DNA of 64,000 nt from a virus. Both the position numbers and the translations under genes were made by a program. The DNA is taken from positions 5,936-69,935 of IMG/VR virus record IMGVR_UViG_3300046474_000061; one strand, 5' to 3'. Shown here piece after piece: positions 48,795 through 59,475 of the stretch. Within the stretch, counting starts at the first letter, position 1, and every line of letters starts with the position of its first letter. The notes beneath the pieces were generated by a model that made no database searches, had not been told where the DNA came from, and saw only the letters and a list, made by a program, of their open reading frames with translations.

Positions 48795-50783
48795 TTAAAT
48801 GCCTCCTTTAAGAGCCTTATCGGCAGCCCCCGGACCAAAAGCTTCATCAAACATTTTCTTTGCCTCGGGCGTCGGGGAAGCCTTCAGCTCTTTAAGTGCA
48901 CCTTCTTGCTGATCCTTTGGAATAGACGAGAAGTCTACATGCTGTATCTCTGGTGCAACAGGTTGAGCTACCGGAGTAGGCATACCCTGCGGCATACTTG
49001 CTTTAGCAATATTGTTGTTGAGATCTTTAAGGTAAGCAGTTTGAGGACTATTCTCACCATACAAATCAACAATACTCTGTTCAACACGCTCAGGACGAAG
49101 GCCAGTTTTGATACCTTTACGAGTCTCAAATTCAGTTACAGCATCATTTTTGCTGAGCATGGTATTTTCAGCCTTAAGTTTATTGTAACCATCAGCAACC
49201 ATGATTTTCAGAGTAGGCAAAATTTGGTCATCAGTACGACCCTGACTAACAAGTTTCATAGCTTTATCGTAATCTGCATTAGAAACTCGGTTATCAGTAG
49301 ACATGGACTGAGCCAACTGGTTAGCAGTGGTCATCTTAAGGACATTGAACTTAGCAGCATTGATCGCAGACTGATCGTTCTCAGCGCCAATAGAGGTCGA
49401 ACTGAAAAACTTCTCAGCAGCTTCCTTCTGTTGAAGAACAAGTTGTTCGTACTTACCCGGATCCTTTTCGGGATTCGTAGTAGCAATCTGTTTCTGGAAG
49501 TCATCAACAGCAGCAAACAAAGCCTGAGCTTCACCCTTCAGATCCTTGACAGTACCAAGGCCATTGTTGACCATGGAGGCAGCACGAGGATCGTCATGAA
49601 GAATCTGAGCCATCTGAGTTGCAGAGTTCAGAGCCTGAGAGAAGTTAACAACCTTAGCTCGGTACAAAGTAGAGTCCTTAGAGTACTGAGTAACAAGACC
49701 CTGATAGTACTTAAGGTCTTCTTTGTCCATAGGAACAGGAGGTTTACCAGTGATATACTGTGGTCTACCGGCCGGATCAGAAGTAGTATCTCTAATACCA
49801 TGTTCATCCCTAACACCAAAAAATTGCTTGACACCTTCTGGAGTCTCTTGGAAGTAGATCTGTCCACCAGTACCTTCAGCTTCAGCCTTGATAGCAGCCT
49901 CTGTGACCTTAGCCGTGCGAATAGCTGCAATCTTTGTATCGGCCTTACGAAGTGCATCAGCATTTTTAGTATCGATTGCATTTTGTCTGTCAAAGTAAGC
50001 CTGACCCAAATCACCAACTTCAGTGACATTGGTAGGAACACGCTTGTATGCAAGGTTCATATTTGAAGTATCGACAGTAGGTTCTTCGTAGTCAGTGATA
50101 CCACCACCAGCCAACTGATTGGCAGCAACAAGACGCTGCTTGATACCAGGCATAAGATCCATTCCAGAGAGAAGGTCAGTATGCTTAGGAGCCTGTTCAG
50201 CACGAGCAGGGGAAGCAGCATCGATAGCAGACTGAGGATTAGTGACAGCCATAGGCATAACTACTTTCTTTGTAGAAGGCTTGTAGTTAAGATCCTTCTG
50301 ATAGTAGCCAGCGTCAAGTTCTTTGGCCACTGTGGCTACACCACGAACACGAATTTCTGGCAAAAGGGAATTAGCTAGTTCAGAATCACCCTTAGCCAAT
50401 GTCTTAGCTTGGTTTGCCCATTCATTTTCTTGGTCTTGTTTTTCTTTACGCTTATCAGCATACTTACCGAGGGCCTGCCAACCTACAGAGAACTGGTTGT
50501 TAGCGAGTTCTGCATCACGGGTAATCTTAGCCTGTTCATCAGAATGCTTCCAAGCGGCTGCTTGATCTGACAAGGCAAAACCACGTTGTTTCTCATCACG
50601 AGCATCCTGAGCAGCTTGATTACGAGCATAGAGAGTCTCCTCGTGAGCATAGGCTTCCTTAGTCTTTTGAGCGTCGTACTCCCGAGCTTCTTTCAGCTTC
50701 TTATCTTCACGCTTGTTCTCTTCAGTACGTTCACGAGCACGATTAAAGGCTTCAGCAAAGCCTGTCATAAAGTTCTGAGCCAT
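48795..50783 (-). CDS. internal virion/ejection protein (putative)
   Basis: Coiled-coil N-terminus; FDEAFGPGAA C-terminus; position in operon. Confidence 0.55.
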   Translation of the reverse strand: MAQNFMTGFAEAFNRARERTEENKREDKKLKEAREYDAQKTKEAYAHEETLYARNQAAQDARDEKQRGFALSDQAAAWKHSDEQAKITRDAELANNQFSVGWQALGKYADKRKEKQDQENEWANQAKTLAKGDSELANSLLPEIRVRGVATVAKELDAGYYQKDLNYKPSTKKVVMPMAVTNPQSAIDAASPARAEQAPKHTDLLSGMDLMPGIKQRLVAANQLAGGGITDYEEPTVDTSNMNLAYKRVPTNVTEVGDLGQAYFDRQNAIDTKNADALRKADTKIAAIRTAKVTEAAIKAEAEGTGGQIYFQETPEGVKQFFGVRDEHGIRDTTSDPAGRPQYITGKPPVPMDKEDLKYYQGLVTQYSKDSTLYRAKVVNFSQALNSATQMAQILHDDPRAASMVNNGLGTVKDLKGEAQALFAAVDDFQKQIATTNPEKDPGKYEQLVLQQKEAAEKFFSSTSIGAENDQSAINAAKFNVLKMTTANQLAQSMSTDNRVSNADYDKAMKLVSQGRTDDQILPTLKIMVADGYNKLKAENTMLSKNDAVTEFETRKGIKTGLRPERVEQSIVDLYGENSPQTAYLKDLNNNIAKASMPQGMPTPVAQPVAPEIQHVDFSSIPKDQQEGALKELKASPTPEAKKMFDEAFGPGAADKALKGGI

Positions 50784-51352
50784 TACTTAGCCTCTCCTTC
50801 TCCACCCGATGGGTCACCACCAGTCATAGCCATAAAGCCTTGCTGTTGTAGATCGTTGTTTTGTTCAGGTTCACCAGAGGCATCACCCTGCCCTTCAGAA
50901 GCAGCATCTTTAATCTCTGGAAGCTGTTCATCAAGAAGTTTAAAGCCACCCGGAGGAGTCTTAAAATTCTGAACATTCTGAAGGTATGTACCAGTCGTGA
51001 AGTTATCTTCATCATCATCGATACCAAGATTGTATTCAATACCAAACTGCATACAAATGAGTTCGACCATACGAGTAAGTGGACCTGCCATAAGCAATGT
51101 AAAGTCTACCGTCCACTTTCCTTCTCCCACACCCTGAGTAAGAAGCATATCAGCAATCTGCCAAAGAGGGACACCAATTTCAGCCATAGTGAGAAGACCA
51201 TTGGCCACCTTGAACTGGGTGATCTTTTTTGCAAGGAAGTCTAGGGCATCATCCAAATCACTAAATTCCGGAGGCTGTCTCCAAGGATAGTTCTTCGTAT
51301 CAGACGTAAAGTTTTCACCCGGAATGGGTCCAGAATTAAATGTGGCTGCCAT
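50783..51352 (-). CDS. structural-module protein
   Basis: PIPGENFT..KNYPWRQPP motif. Confidence 0.6.
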   Translation of the reverse strand: MAATFNSGPIPGENFTSDTKNYPWRQPPEFSDLDDALDFLAKKITQFKVANGLLTMAEIGVPLWQIADMLLTQGVGEGKWTVDFTLLMAGPLTRMVELICMQFGIEYNLGIDDDEDNFTTGTYLQNVQNFKTPPGGFKLLDEQLPEIKDAASEGQGDASGEPEQNNDLQQQGFMAMTGGDPSGGEGEAK

Positions 51353-51561
51353 TAGATCTCTCCATCTTCCTCTGCAGGAATTTCTTTGTTTGCATAACGC
51401 TTAGCTGCACCAAGTTTACGACGAGCAGTCTTTCCCATATCATCAAAGAACTTATGATTATACTTCATTGGTTTACCAGTTGCCTTTTCATACTCATCGA
51501 AGTTGGCACCATCGTAAAACTTCTTAACTGCACGCCTAAAGATTTCATCATCCATAGCCAT
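51352..51561 (-). CDS. hypothetical protein
   Basis: Stop/start coupled on both sides. Confidence 0.6.
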   Translation of the reverse strand: MAMDDEIFRRAVKKFYDGANFDEYEKATGKPMKYNHKFFDDMGKTARRKLGAAKRYANKEIPAEEDGEI

Positions 51562-53177
51562 TAAAAGATACCTTTCATCATTTCACCAAAGCTGTCAGAA
51601 CCAACAAACGAACCTACGATAGATCCGATTGCTGCACTAGTAGCACCCTTAGAATTGATCTTACCTTGGAGTTTAGTCATTGCAACAGCAGCCTGTCTGT
51701 CCTTTTCGGATTCAGAAGACTTCCATGCATAGTCAAGCAGAGCATCTGAACGATCCCAAAGCTGATTAAGCTGGTTGACTGTAAGATCGAACTTGTTCTT
51801 AGCATCAGTCGTAGCAGCTTCGTACTTCTGTTGGTCATCTTGAAGCTGTACCTGCTGTCTCCAGTTGGCATTAGCTACAGCGATATTATACTGTTGTTCA
51901 GAGTAAAACTTCTGACGAGAGTCTTCCATATTAGCATTGAACTTATCAGCATCCAAAGTCTGTGAACTGTTGAACTGAGAGATCTGAGTATTCAAAGAAG
52001 CATAGAACTTATCGAGATCATTCTGACTCTCAGCCATGAACTGATTCTTTACATTCTCAGCATTAGCATCAGTCAAGATACTCTGGATACGTGCTTGGTT
52101 GTTAATAACCTGAGCCTGTTGTTCATTGTCGAGGTTCTTAAGGTCCATAGCGAGAAATGCCTGAGCGTTAGTAACAGCAGCAGTCATTCGGTTGTCTAGA
52201 TTAGTCTGTTCGAACTTAGCAAGAACGTTGGCAGCATTGATAGTTGCCTGTTGCTTGTTATCAAGGTTTTTGACAGTAAGTGTCTGGAAGAATGCAGCAT
52301 CCTGTTGAGCAATCGGAAGTGATGCTTCAAGGAGAGCCTGAGACATAGCCGCTGTAGCAGCCGTACCAGTCATACCACCAAAGGCAGCAATCTTAGATAC
52401 GTTACGAGCAGTAGCAGCAGCCCAAGAAGGAATCTTAGGTTCACCTGTAGCTGGATCAACAAACTGATCCTGAAGGAGTGCTAGCTGTCCCTGAAGGGTT
52501 GCCTTGGAATCTACGTAGTTACCTTCACCAAGCTGTTGAGCAAGAAGCTTACCAGCACTAGTTGAGGTATCAATGATATTCGAGAGATCCTGTTTGGCAT
52601 AGTCCTTAAGGGCTGCACCAAGCTCATTCTTCGTACCATCTTTATTAACACCAGTAGCGATACCAGTTGTATCAGCCTGTGGTACATCCTTAATTTGAGC
52701 ATTGTCAGAGACAGTACCCTGAGCTGCTTCCATCTGGTTGTCAGCTACTTTATCTTCAGTCTTTGTTACATCGTAGCCATGAGCAGCGGTTGGATCCTGT
52801 TGATCTACCTGACCGGAAGTAACCGTAGGGCTATTACCAAGAGCTAGATTAGGATCATTAGGATTGATCTGAGCGGCTTGTCCAGTCTGACTTGGATTTG
52901 CAAGAGCGTCCGTTACAGACATTCCAGAAGTATTACCTGCAAGTTGTCCACCAGCAGAGGTTACATTCTGAGGAGTGACTGTACCACCATTATAGGTAGA
53001 GGCAGCTTTATCAGCAGTAGCCTGATCGGCTGAGTTCAACCAAGTAGAACCTTTAGCCTGATAGTCAGCCCATGCTCTAGCGCCTTCATGTTCTTTATCG
53101 ACATTATCGCCACCCTTTAGGTTAGGGTTAGCAGCTACGTAACCAGCCCAGTCGAAATTATCTTGTGTATATGCCAT
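51561..53177 (-). CDS. internal virion protein (putative)
   Basis: Ala/Gln/Asn-rich; LPIAQQDA, LWDRSDALLDYAWKSSE. Confidence 0.55.
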   Translation of the reverse strand: MAYTQDNFDWAGYVAANPNLKGGDNVDKEHEGARAWADYQAKGSTWLNSADQATADKAASTYNGGTVTPQNVTSAGGQLAGNTSGMSVTDALANPSQTGQAAQINPNDPNLALGNSPTVTSGQVDQQDPTAAHGYDVTKTEDKVADNQMEAAQGTVSDNAQIKDVPQADTTGIATGVNKDGTKNELGAALKDYAKQDLSNIIDTSTSAGKLLAQQLGEGNYVDSKATLQGQLALLQDQFVDPATGEPKIPSWAAATARNVSKIAAFGGMTGTAATAAMSQALLEASLPIAQQDAAFFQTLTVKNLDNKQQATINAANVLAKFEQTNLDNRMTAAVTNAQAFLAMDLKNLDNEQQAQVINNQARIQSILTDANAENVKNQFMAESQNDLDKFYASLNTQISQFNSSQTLDADKFNANMEDSRQKFYSEQQYNIAVANANWRQQVQLQDDQQKYEAATTDAKNKFDLTVNQLNQLWDRSDALLDYAWKSSESEKDRQAAVAMTKLQGKINSKGATSAAIGSIVGSFVGSDSFGEMMKGIF

Positions 53178-53473
53178 TATTTGTCCCCTTGAACTAGTCC
53201 ATCCCGTAGGACGATGTAATCGACAAAAGCCTTATGTCTGTAATAACAATCAATCAATGATACCCTATCTGTGATCCAGAGCCTCTCAACCTGCTTCTGT
53301 GTCAAGGGGCCTTCCTTGAAGTCTACAGGGATGTTGCAGTCTTTCATCATTTCTTGTTCAGCGGGAGTCAGTCTTATTGGATTTGGGTATAGTGATTTGT
53401 TTGACACGCAGGCTGCTAGAAGCACTGAGAGCAGGCTCATTAGCACGAGGGTCTTTATCGGCTGCATCTTCAA
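53177..53473 (-). CDS. o-spanin (Rz1-like lipoprotein)
   Basis: Lipobox LAAC; overlaps the 3' end of the i-spanin; WITDRVSLIDC. Confidence 0.75.
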   Translation of the reverse strand: MKMQPIKTLVLMSLLSVLLAACVSNKSLYPNPIRLTPAEQEMMKDCNIPVDFKEGPLTQKQVERLWITDRVSLIDCYYRHKAFVDYIVLRDGLVQGDK

Positions 53474-53726
53474 ACTCCCTGATCTGTTGTCTGAGGTTAT
53501 TCATTTTTGTATTGTATTCGGCGATCTGCTCTGCCTCTTTTTTCTTTGCATAGAGGTTAGCAGCATCAAGCCTGTTTCTTTGTTCAGTTACCTGTTGAGC
53601 AACTTCTAGTTTGTAGGCATTCAGTTTAGAGATACCTAGCTTGTAACCAAGGTGGGCAGAGACTAAGATAGCCAGCACAGCGGCTAGTACAAAGTAAATC
53701 TCTTTCTTAAACAGGAGTTGAATCAT
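53358..53726 (-). CDS. i-spanin (Rz-like)
   Basis: N-terminal TM segment then coiled coil; follows endolysin. Confidence 0.75.
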   Translation of the reverse strand: MIQLLFKKEIYFVLAAVLAILVSAHLGYKLGISKLNAYKLEVAQQVTEQRNRLDAANLYAKKKEAEQIAEYNTKMNNLRQQIREFEDAADKDPRANEPALSASSSLRVKQITIPKSNKTDSR

Positions 53727-54174
53727 TACAGAATCTCTCCTCTTTAGCTCTACGAATTTGAAGACCCTTCCAGACCTTACCACCTGCCTTATTGAATGAA
53801 GCAAGTGTCTTACAAGCCTGAGAGTACATTTTGTCATTAAGTTTCTGAGGTAGGCTTGACTTACAGAAGCCACCAGTACCAATGTTAAACGTCAGAGATA
53901 CCATTGAGATGTAAGTTCTGATCGGGATAGCATCAGGTTCCTTGAGACACTTTCTCATACCTTCTTCGTGTACCTGAATCTCCTTAATGAACTCTACGTC
54001 ACATTCTGCCTTAGTCTTTACCATACCGGGCTTGACACCCTTCGTTAGACCTTGGCAGATAGTCCAGACACCAATAACATCTTTGTATGCTTTGGCAGAG
54101 TATCCTTCGAAACCACCAATCAGAGAGATTGCCACTGCGGCAGCAATGCTACCCTTCTGTAATCTACTCGCCAT
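53707..54174 (-). CDS. GH24 lysozyme endolysin, possible SAR type
   Basis: FEG...YKDVIGVWTICQG, FNIGTG, GLQIRRAKE; weakly hydrophobic N-terminus. Confidence 0.88.
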   Translation of the reverse strand: MASRLQKGSIAAAVAISLIGGFEGYSAKAYKDVIGVWTICQGLTKGVKPGMVKTKAECDVEFIKEIQVHEEGMRKCLKEPDAIPIRTYISMVSLTFNIGTGGFCKSSLPQKLNDKMYSQACKTLASFNKAGGKVWKGLQIRRAKEERFCNDSTPV

Positions 54175-54394
54175 CTTTTTCTCCTGACAATTCCTTTTGT
54201 GAGATAATACGTGCAATGTTTGATCCGATGATAGTCAGGAGGGCACCCACAGCAAAGGTTCCCCTTGGTATGTCGTACCACTCCTGGATATACGGAAGCA
54301 TGAACTCAGCAAAGCTAAGAGCACCAGCAAGGGTATTAAGCTTAACTGACCATGCATATTTGATAATGTCTTTCCAATCGTCACGTAATGCCAT
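54164..54394 (-). CDS. holin (putative)
   Basis: Two TM segments, AWSVKL and ARIISQKEL; directly upstream of endolysin. Confidence 0.7.
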   Translation of the reverse strand: MALRDDWKDIIKYAWSVKLNTLAGALSFAEFMLPYIQEWYDIPRGTFAVGALLTIIGSNIARIISQKELSGEKDGE

Positions 54395-55848
54395 TAGTAA
54401 TACACCTTTATCACATAAAAACCTTCAAAATTTTGTGTGCTAGATAGCTGTATAGCATTGATAGGACCTTGACCTATCCACGAACTAACAATCCCGTGAT
54501 ATAGACTACTGGTTGCGTTTGCGTAATACGTCGCTGTCCCTAATGAGTTCGAGTATCCAGAACGCGTCGCAATCGAAAACTTAGCCTGTGCTCCAAATCC
54601 ACTTGTACTCTTAGGTATTATTGAAGAAAACCATCCGAATGATCCGGCTGAAGAATTTGTCGAACTGTCTGTACTTTGTGCAGTAGTCGTGGTGTGTCGT
54701 GTATAAAGAAAGTTATTTCCATAGTCAGCCGCACCAGAATAGTATGAAGACCCATTGTTCGTGCTGTATCGAAGAATAATTGTCGCTGCAACTGTCGAAG
54801 GGATTGCCCAAATGTCGCACTCAATTAGTTTAGGAGTACCCTGCACTCCAAGATCAGTAATGTTAACAGGACCAGCACCAGAAAACGACGCTGCAAACAC
54901 ACGAGTATTAAGGCCCAAGGTCTGACGAGCTGTCGCATCATCTGCATCATCGATTAAGGTACGACCATAAGCCGAAAGGTCAGTGATAGAAGCAGTTCCC
55001 GAACCAGTGAAGTACGGGAGTTTATTGGCAGCTGAAGTCAAACCAGCAATAGCCTGTAGTTCTGCATCTTGTGCTTGGACATCTGTACCGATAACAAGAC
55101 CGAGGTTCGTTCTGGCCCCTGATGCAGTAGAACTTCCAGTACCACCATCAGCTACAGCTAGATCAGTGATGCCAGTAATAGAGCCACCAGTAATGGTAGC
55201 AGAGGAAGATGTTACAGCACCATTGGTGTTACCCGTTACGTTACCTGTTATATTCCCCGTGAAAGTACCAGCGATAGTACCACCGGTGATCGTAACAGAA
55301 GAAGCATCCTGAGTGGCTATAGTGCCTAGACCTAGATTAGTCCTCGCAATAGAGGCTGTGCTTGCCCCCGTTCCACCATCAGCAATTGCCAGATCCGTGA
55401 TCCCGGTGATACTACCACCAGTCACACTGACCGAGTTACTGTTTTGTGTCGCTATTGTGCCCAGTCCCAGGTTAGTTCGGGCAGCCGAAGCGGTAGAGGC
55501 ACCAGTGCCCCCATCAGCAACTGCTAGGTCAGTAATACCAGTGATTGTACCACCGGTAATAGAAACTGTACCTGAATTCTGTTCGGCCATCGTACCAAGA
55601 CCGAGGTTGGTTTTAACACCTGCCACATCAGTAGCTCCAGTACCACCATTAGCGATGGGAAGAGTTCCTGTGACAGCGGAGGTGAGGAGAATCTTTTGAC
55701 CCTCCCCAACTGTTCCGTCATGTGAGTGGCCAGAGTTACCATCAAAAGCAGCTTGAAGCTGGTTATATTCATTGTTGAAATGTTCAGCCTGAATCCTGTT
55801 ACCATTGATGATATCAGCGGCAGACTGTCTGACGTATCCCTGTCCCAT
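54394..55848 (-). CDS. tail fibre protein 2
   Basis: Repeats ITGITDLAVADGGTGASTASAARTNLGLG. Confidence 0.8.
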   Translation of the reverse strand: MGQGYVRQSAADIINGNRIQAEHFNNEYNQLQAAFDGNSGHSHDGTVGEGQKILLTSAVTGTLPIANGGTGATDVAGVKTNLGLGTMAEQNSGTVSITGGTITGITDLAVADGGTGASTASAARTNLGLGTIATQNSNSVSVTGGSITGITDLAIADGGTGASTASIARTNLGLGTIATQDASSVTITGGTIAGTFTGNITGNVTGNTNGAVTSSSATITGGSITGITDLAVADGGTGSSTASGARTNLGLVIGTDVQAQDAELQAIAGLTSAANKLPYFTGSGTASITDLSAYGRTLIDDADDATARQTLGLNTRVFAASFSGAGPVNITDLGVQGTPKLIECDIWAIPSTVAATIILRYSTNNGSSYYSGAADYGNNFLYTRHTTTTAQSTDSSTNSSAGSFGWFSSIIPKSTSGFGAQAKFSIATRSGYSNSLGTATYYANATSSLYHGIVSSWIGQGPINAIQLSSTQNFEGFYVIKVYY

Positions 55849-55858
55849 TATTTATTCC

Positions 55859-56380
55859 TTATTTAAATCTCCAAGGTCGTGTCTTAATCTGGTGATAGCC
55901 ACCATAGTTCAGGTAGTTCCATCCTACCCAAGCCTTCTTCCCTCGATAACCAAAGAACTTCCAACCTTTGTCAGACTGGATGACATACCAATAATGGTCT
56001 TCAGGGTAGGGAATACCGTCTTCGAAGATAATCTGGACTTTAGGTGTATCTTTGAAGCCAAGGAGGAAGGCATTAAAGCCATACCCCGGATTACGACAAA
56101 TCCATTTCATTCTCTGTAAGAAGAGTTTCCCCTTGGAGAGTGTGGCAGGATCTTCGAACCCTCGGACCTGATCATCCCAACCACCATCCAACGTGTTGTC
56201 ATGAGTGTAGAAGTAGACCCACCAACCACCCGGTTTGTTATTGTCCGTCAGGACAGACCAAGCAGCTAGGAAAGGGCTTAGTATCCATGAGCCGAAAGTT
56301 CCTACGAACCATGACAGCAACGCAAGAACCGGATAAGCAAGCATAGAATACCAAGCCTGTTTAAATACTTTCCAGAACAT
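55859..56380 (-). CDS. hypothetical Trp-rich protein
   Basis: THDNTLDG, WICRNPGYGF; lies between the two fibre genes. Confidence 0.6.
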   Translation of the reverse strand: MFWKVFKQAWYSMLAYPVLALLSWFVGTFGSWILSPFLAAWSVLTDNNKPGGWWVYFYTHDNTLDGGWDDQVRGFEDPATLSKGKLFLQRMKWICRNPGYGFNAFLLGFKDTPKVQIIFEDGIPYPEDHYWYVIQSDKGWKFFGYRGKKAWVGWNYLNYGGYHQIKTRPWRFK

Positions 56381-56392
56381 TATGACTCCTTA

Positions 56393-57895
56393 TTAAGTTT
56401 TGATGATGTACATAAGAGCGATATTACGAGGACGAGCCTCGGTGCCACCATTGTTCTGGATAGAAATACCAGTACCAGCAGCAGCGATAGTAATACCAAC
56501 ACCAACCGTAGTCGTTACTGCACCAGTACCAGACGCTGTAATATAACCACCGTTAGAACCAGTACCAGAGCCGATGTACGAAGCACCGACTTGGTGGGCG
56601 TGACCAGGATCAGAGTAACCATGGGCGTGTCCCGGATCAGTAATAGCGTGATTGTGTGCAAGATTTTGAGAAGTTTGAGAGGTACCAATTGCACGACCAG
56701 AGTCAGTACCCTTACTATGATCCCAACCACGAATGAATTCACCACGGAGGTCAGGGATCTTAAAGGTCGTAGACCCATCACCTGCACCATAAGTCGTACC
56801 GATTGCAGCAAAGAGCGCAGCATAGGTTGTACGAGAGATAGTAGATCCGTCACACTCAAGCCAGTTACTAGGAGCAGTGGATCCACCAAAGGCGGCTACG
56901 ATACCGGCAGGAGCAGCGTTAGCAATCGTCTCAGCCTTAGAGTAGACATCAAGATTGGTACGTGCATTAGCGGCATCAGAGGCTCCAGTACCACCATCAG
57001 TCAGTGCGATATCAGTAATACCTGTGATAGTACCACCAGTAATCGTACCTCCCGTAATGGCGACAGAGTTAGCATTCTGTGTGCTCATTGTGCCTAGACC
57101 AAGATTGGTTCTAGCAGTAGCAGCATCGGAAGCTCCAGTACCACCATCAGCAACAGTGATATCCGTAATGCCTGAGACAGAGCCTCCAGTGATTGAAACA
57201 GAGTTACTATTCTGAGTAGCTATTGATCCAAGGCCAAGGGTCGTACGAGCAGTTCCTGCATCAGCGTCATCGAGTAGGGTTTTGATGTATGTAGAGACAC
57301 CGAGAGTAGTCTGCGCTGTAGAGGCATCAGCATCGTCAAGGAGCGTCTTTATGTAAGTAGAGATACCTAGAGTCGTCTGAGCCGTAGAAGCGTCTGCATC
57401 GTCCAGTATGGATCGAGCATAGGCTGTCAGAGGTGTGACTGCATAAGTGTCAGAAGCAGTCGTGTAGATCATCTTATCTGCTGAGGTTGTTTGTCCAGCA
57501 ATGGAGTTCAGTGCAGTATTGTAAGGTTGAAACCTACGCCAGATAGCAGCACTAGGAGTCGAGTCTAGGCAGGTATACATGAGATCGCTAGTCGTATCGA
57601 TCCATCGAGAACCTACTGCATAACCGTCATTAGCATCGTCATTGGCCGTAGGGGCAGTAGTGGCATCAACCTTATCGATACCACCAGTACCACCATTCAC
57701 AACAGGAAGAACACCAGTGATGGAGTTAGTAAGGTTGATCTTAGGACCTTCACCTACAGTACCATCATGGGTGTGTCCAAGAGTTCCATCGAAGGCAGAC
57801 TGAAGAGCGTTGAACTCGTTATTGATTGGAGTAGCTTCAACAATGTTACCATCGACGATTTCAGCAGAGCTTTGTCGAGTATAACTATTACCCAT
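56393..57895 (-). CDS. tail fibre protein 1 with tail-collar domain
   Basis: PAGIVAAFGG..WLECDG..TFKIPDLRGEFIRGWD; PRNIALMYIIK. Confidence 0.88.
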   Translation of the reverse strand: MGNSYTRQSSAEIVDGNIVEATPINNEFNALQSAFDGTLGHTHDGTVGEGPKINLTNSITGVLPVVNGGTGGIDKVDATTAPTANDDANDGYAVGSRWIDTTSDLMYTCLDSTPSAAIWRRFQPYNTALNSIAGQTTSADKMIYTTASDTYAVTPLTAYARSILDDADASTAQTTLGISTYIKTLLDDADASTAQTTLGVSTYIKTLLDDADAGTARTTLGLGSIATQNSNSVSITGGSVSGITDITVADGGTGASDAATARTNLGLGTMSTQNANSVAITGGTITGGTITGITDIALTDGGTGASDAANARTNLDVYSKAETIANAAPAGIVAAFGGSTAPSNWLECDGSTISRTTYAALFAAIGTTYGAGDGSTTFKIPDLRGEFIRGWDHSKGTDSGRAIGTSQTSQNLAHNHAITDPGHAHGYSDPGHAHQVGASYIGSGTGSNGGYITASGTGAVTTTVGVGITIAAAGTGISIQNNGGTEARPRNIALMYIIKT

Positions 57896-59475
57896 TATTT
57901 TCTTCCTTCTACATTAAAGTCATATAGAGCACCCTGAATTGTGTAGGAGGGGCCAGTATCATATGTCGAGTATTTCATCTGGACAGAGAACCCTGAGCCT
58001 TCTACGTTAGATAGCAGGACAGGAGTTGTAGCAACCGAGTAAGTAGCAACACCATAGATAGCATCACCATAAGTTGCACCATCAAGTTCACTGTCGAAGA
58101 CATAAGTATCAGGATTGATCTTATCGACATCAGCCCAATCATAAGTCAGACGGGTTGTAACAGTCACAGCACCCTCTGGGCGCATAAACAAACGAATCTT
58201 CTTCATTGTCTTACGGACACCCGGTTGACCGAAGTCAAGATATGGAGTGATGTAGATTGCCTGAACAGGTTCGCCATCGAAGTCATGCCCCTGTTCCTGT
58301 CGGTAAACCTTACCATTGTAATCACCATGCAGGATGTACTCAGTAGCACCAAGATACTTAGAAATAGTACAAGAAGCACGAATGCCCTTAATACGACCCC
58401 ATTCCCATTCTACACCATTCGGACCTTCACGAAGACAGCCAATGATACCAAAGGTAGCCTGTGTACTCTTGTTAGGAGAAGAGAAGAAGATTCGGATTTG
58501 AGACTTACTGCGGATTAGGACAGACGTGACTTCAGTCATATCGTTACCCTGAACCTCATCGACGATCAACTGTTGGATCTTCTTAGAGATTGTTTCAAGG
58601 TTGACGTCACCGATGTAATCCGTACCAGAAATAGGACGGACACCATCTTGAGACAAGAACACTAGATTACCGTTGATTTCCTGTACCGAATCACCTGCAA
58701 GGCAACCGATCTGGGTAGTAACATCATTAAGAACGAAGTCTGTATTCGAAACAGAGACTTTCTTGATTTGAGCTACACCCATGATATAAAGTTCATCACG
58801 GAAAGGCTTCAGAGCGTTGACACGATATCCAGCAGGAATCTGCCCAGCACCCCCAGCAACAGTCCAACCATAATCGCTAAGAGGAGATGAGTGGACAACA
58901 AGGTGGTCTTTAGCGAAGAAGATATGGTTCCGAAAGATTTCAACATATTCCGGATTATCGATGGCTTGGTTTCCACCTGCATTTGCATAGTCGGCTCCTG
59001 TGTTAGTGGATTTGATTTGTGTCCAAGTCGTACCGTCATAAATCATGCCGAAGTTAACACCATCGACAATAACGATCTTGGGAGTACCATTGAAGTTGAA
59101 CTCTTTTGCTCGAAGACGACGGAGACCTACAGTGCTCTTTGTGAATGATGTAACCATCTTGGTCCACGAGGAACCTGAGTACTGGTAGAAATCGTATGTG
59201 TTGCCAGACTTTTGTTTACGAGCAGCAATGATATTATCTTCATGGAAGAAGACACCAAGGATAGCACCCTCAGCACTAGCAGGATCAACCTCTGATGCAA
59301 TAGGATCAAGAGGAAGAAAACCTGACAGTCGTCTATAACCACCATAGAGGGAACTTTCAAAGTTCAGAAGTTCAACTGCACTACCCGGTTCGTTATCCGA
59401 AAGCTGGATGTGATTAACATTCGAATTAAGACCGCCAGTAGAGACAACCTTCTGGCTTTGAATTTCTTCCATCAT
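57895..59475 (-). CDS. tail tubular/stabilisation protein B-like
   Basis: GGLN start, IGCLAGDSVQE, TPYLDFG; position after adaptor gene. Confidence 0.65.
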   Translation of the reverse strand: MMEEIQSQKVVSTGGLNSNVNHIQLSDNEPGSAVELLNFESSLYGGYRRLSGFLPLDPIASEVDPASAEGAILGVFFHEDNIIAARKQKSGNTYDFYQYSGSSWTKMVTSFTKSTVGLRRLRAKEFNFNGTPKIVIVDGVNFGMIYDGTTWTQIKSTNTGADYANAGGNQAIDNPEYVEIFRNHIFFAKDHLVVHSSPLSDYGWTVAGGAGQIPAGYRVNALKPFRDELYIMGVAQIKKVSVSNTDFVLNDVTTQIGCLAGDSVQEINGNLVFLSQDGVRPISGTDYIGDVNLETISKKIQQLIVDEVQGNDMTEVTSVLIRSKSQIRIFFSSPNKSTQATFGIIGCLREGPNGVEWEWGRIKGIRASCTISKYLGATEYILHGDYNGKVYRQEQGHDFDGEPVQAIYITPYLDFGQPGVRKTMKKIRLFMRPEGAVTVTTRLTYDWADVDKINPDTYVFDSELDGATYGDAIYGVATYSVATTPVLLSNVEGSGFSVQMKYSTYDTGPSYTIQGALYDFNVEGRK

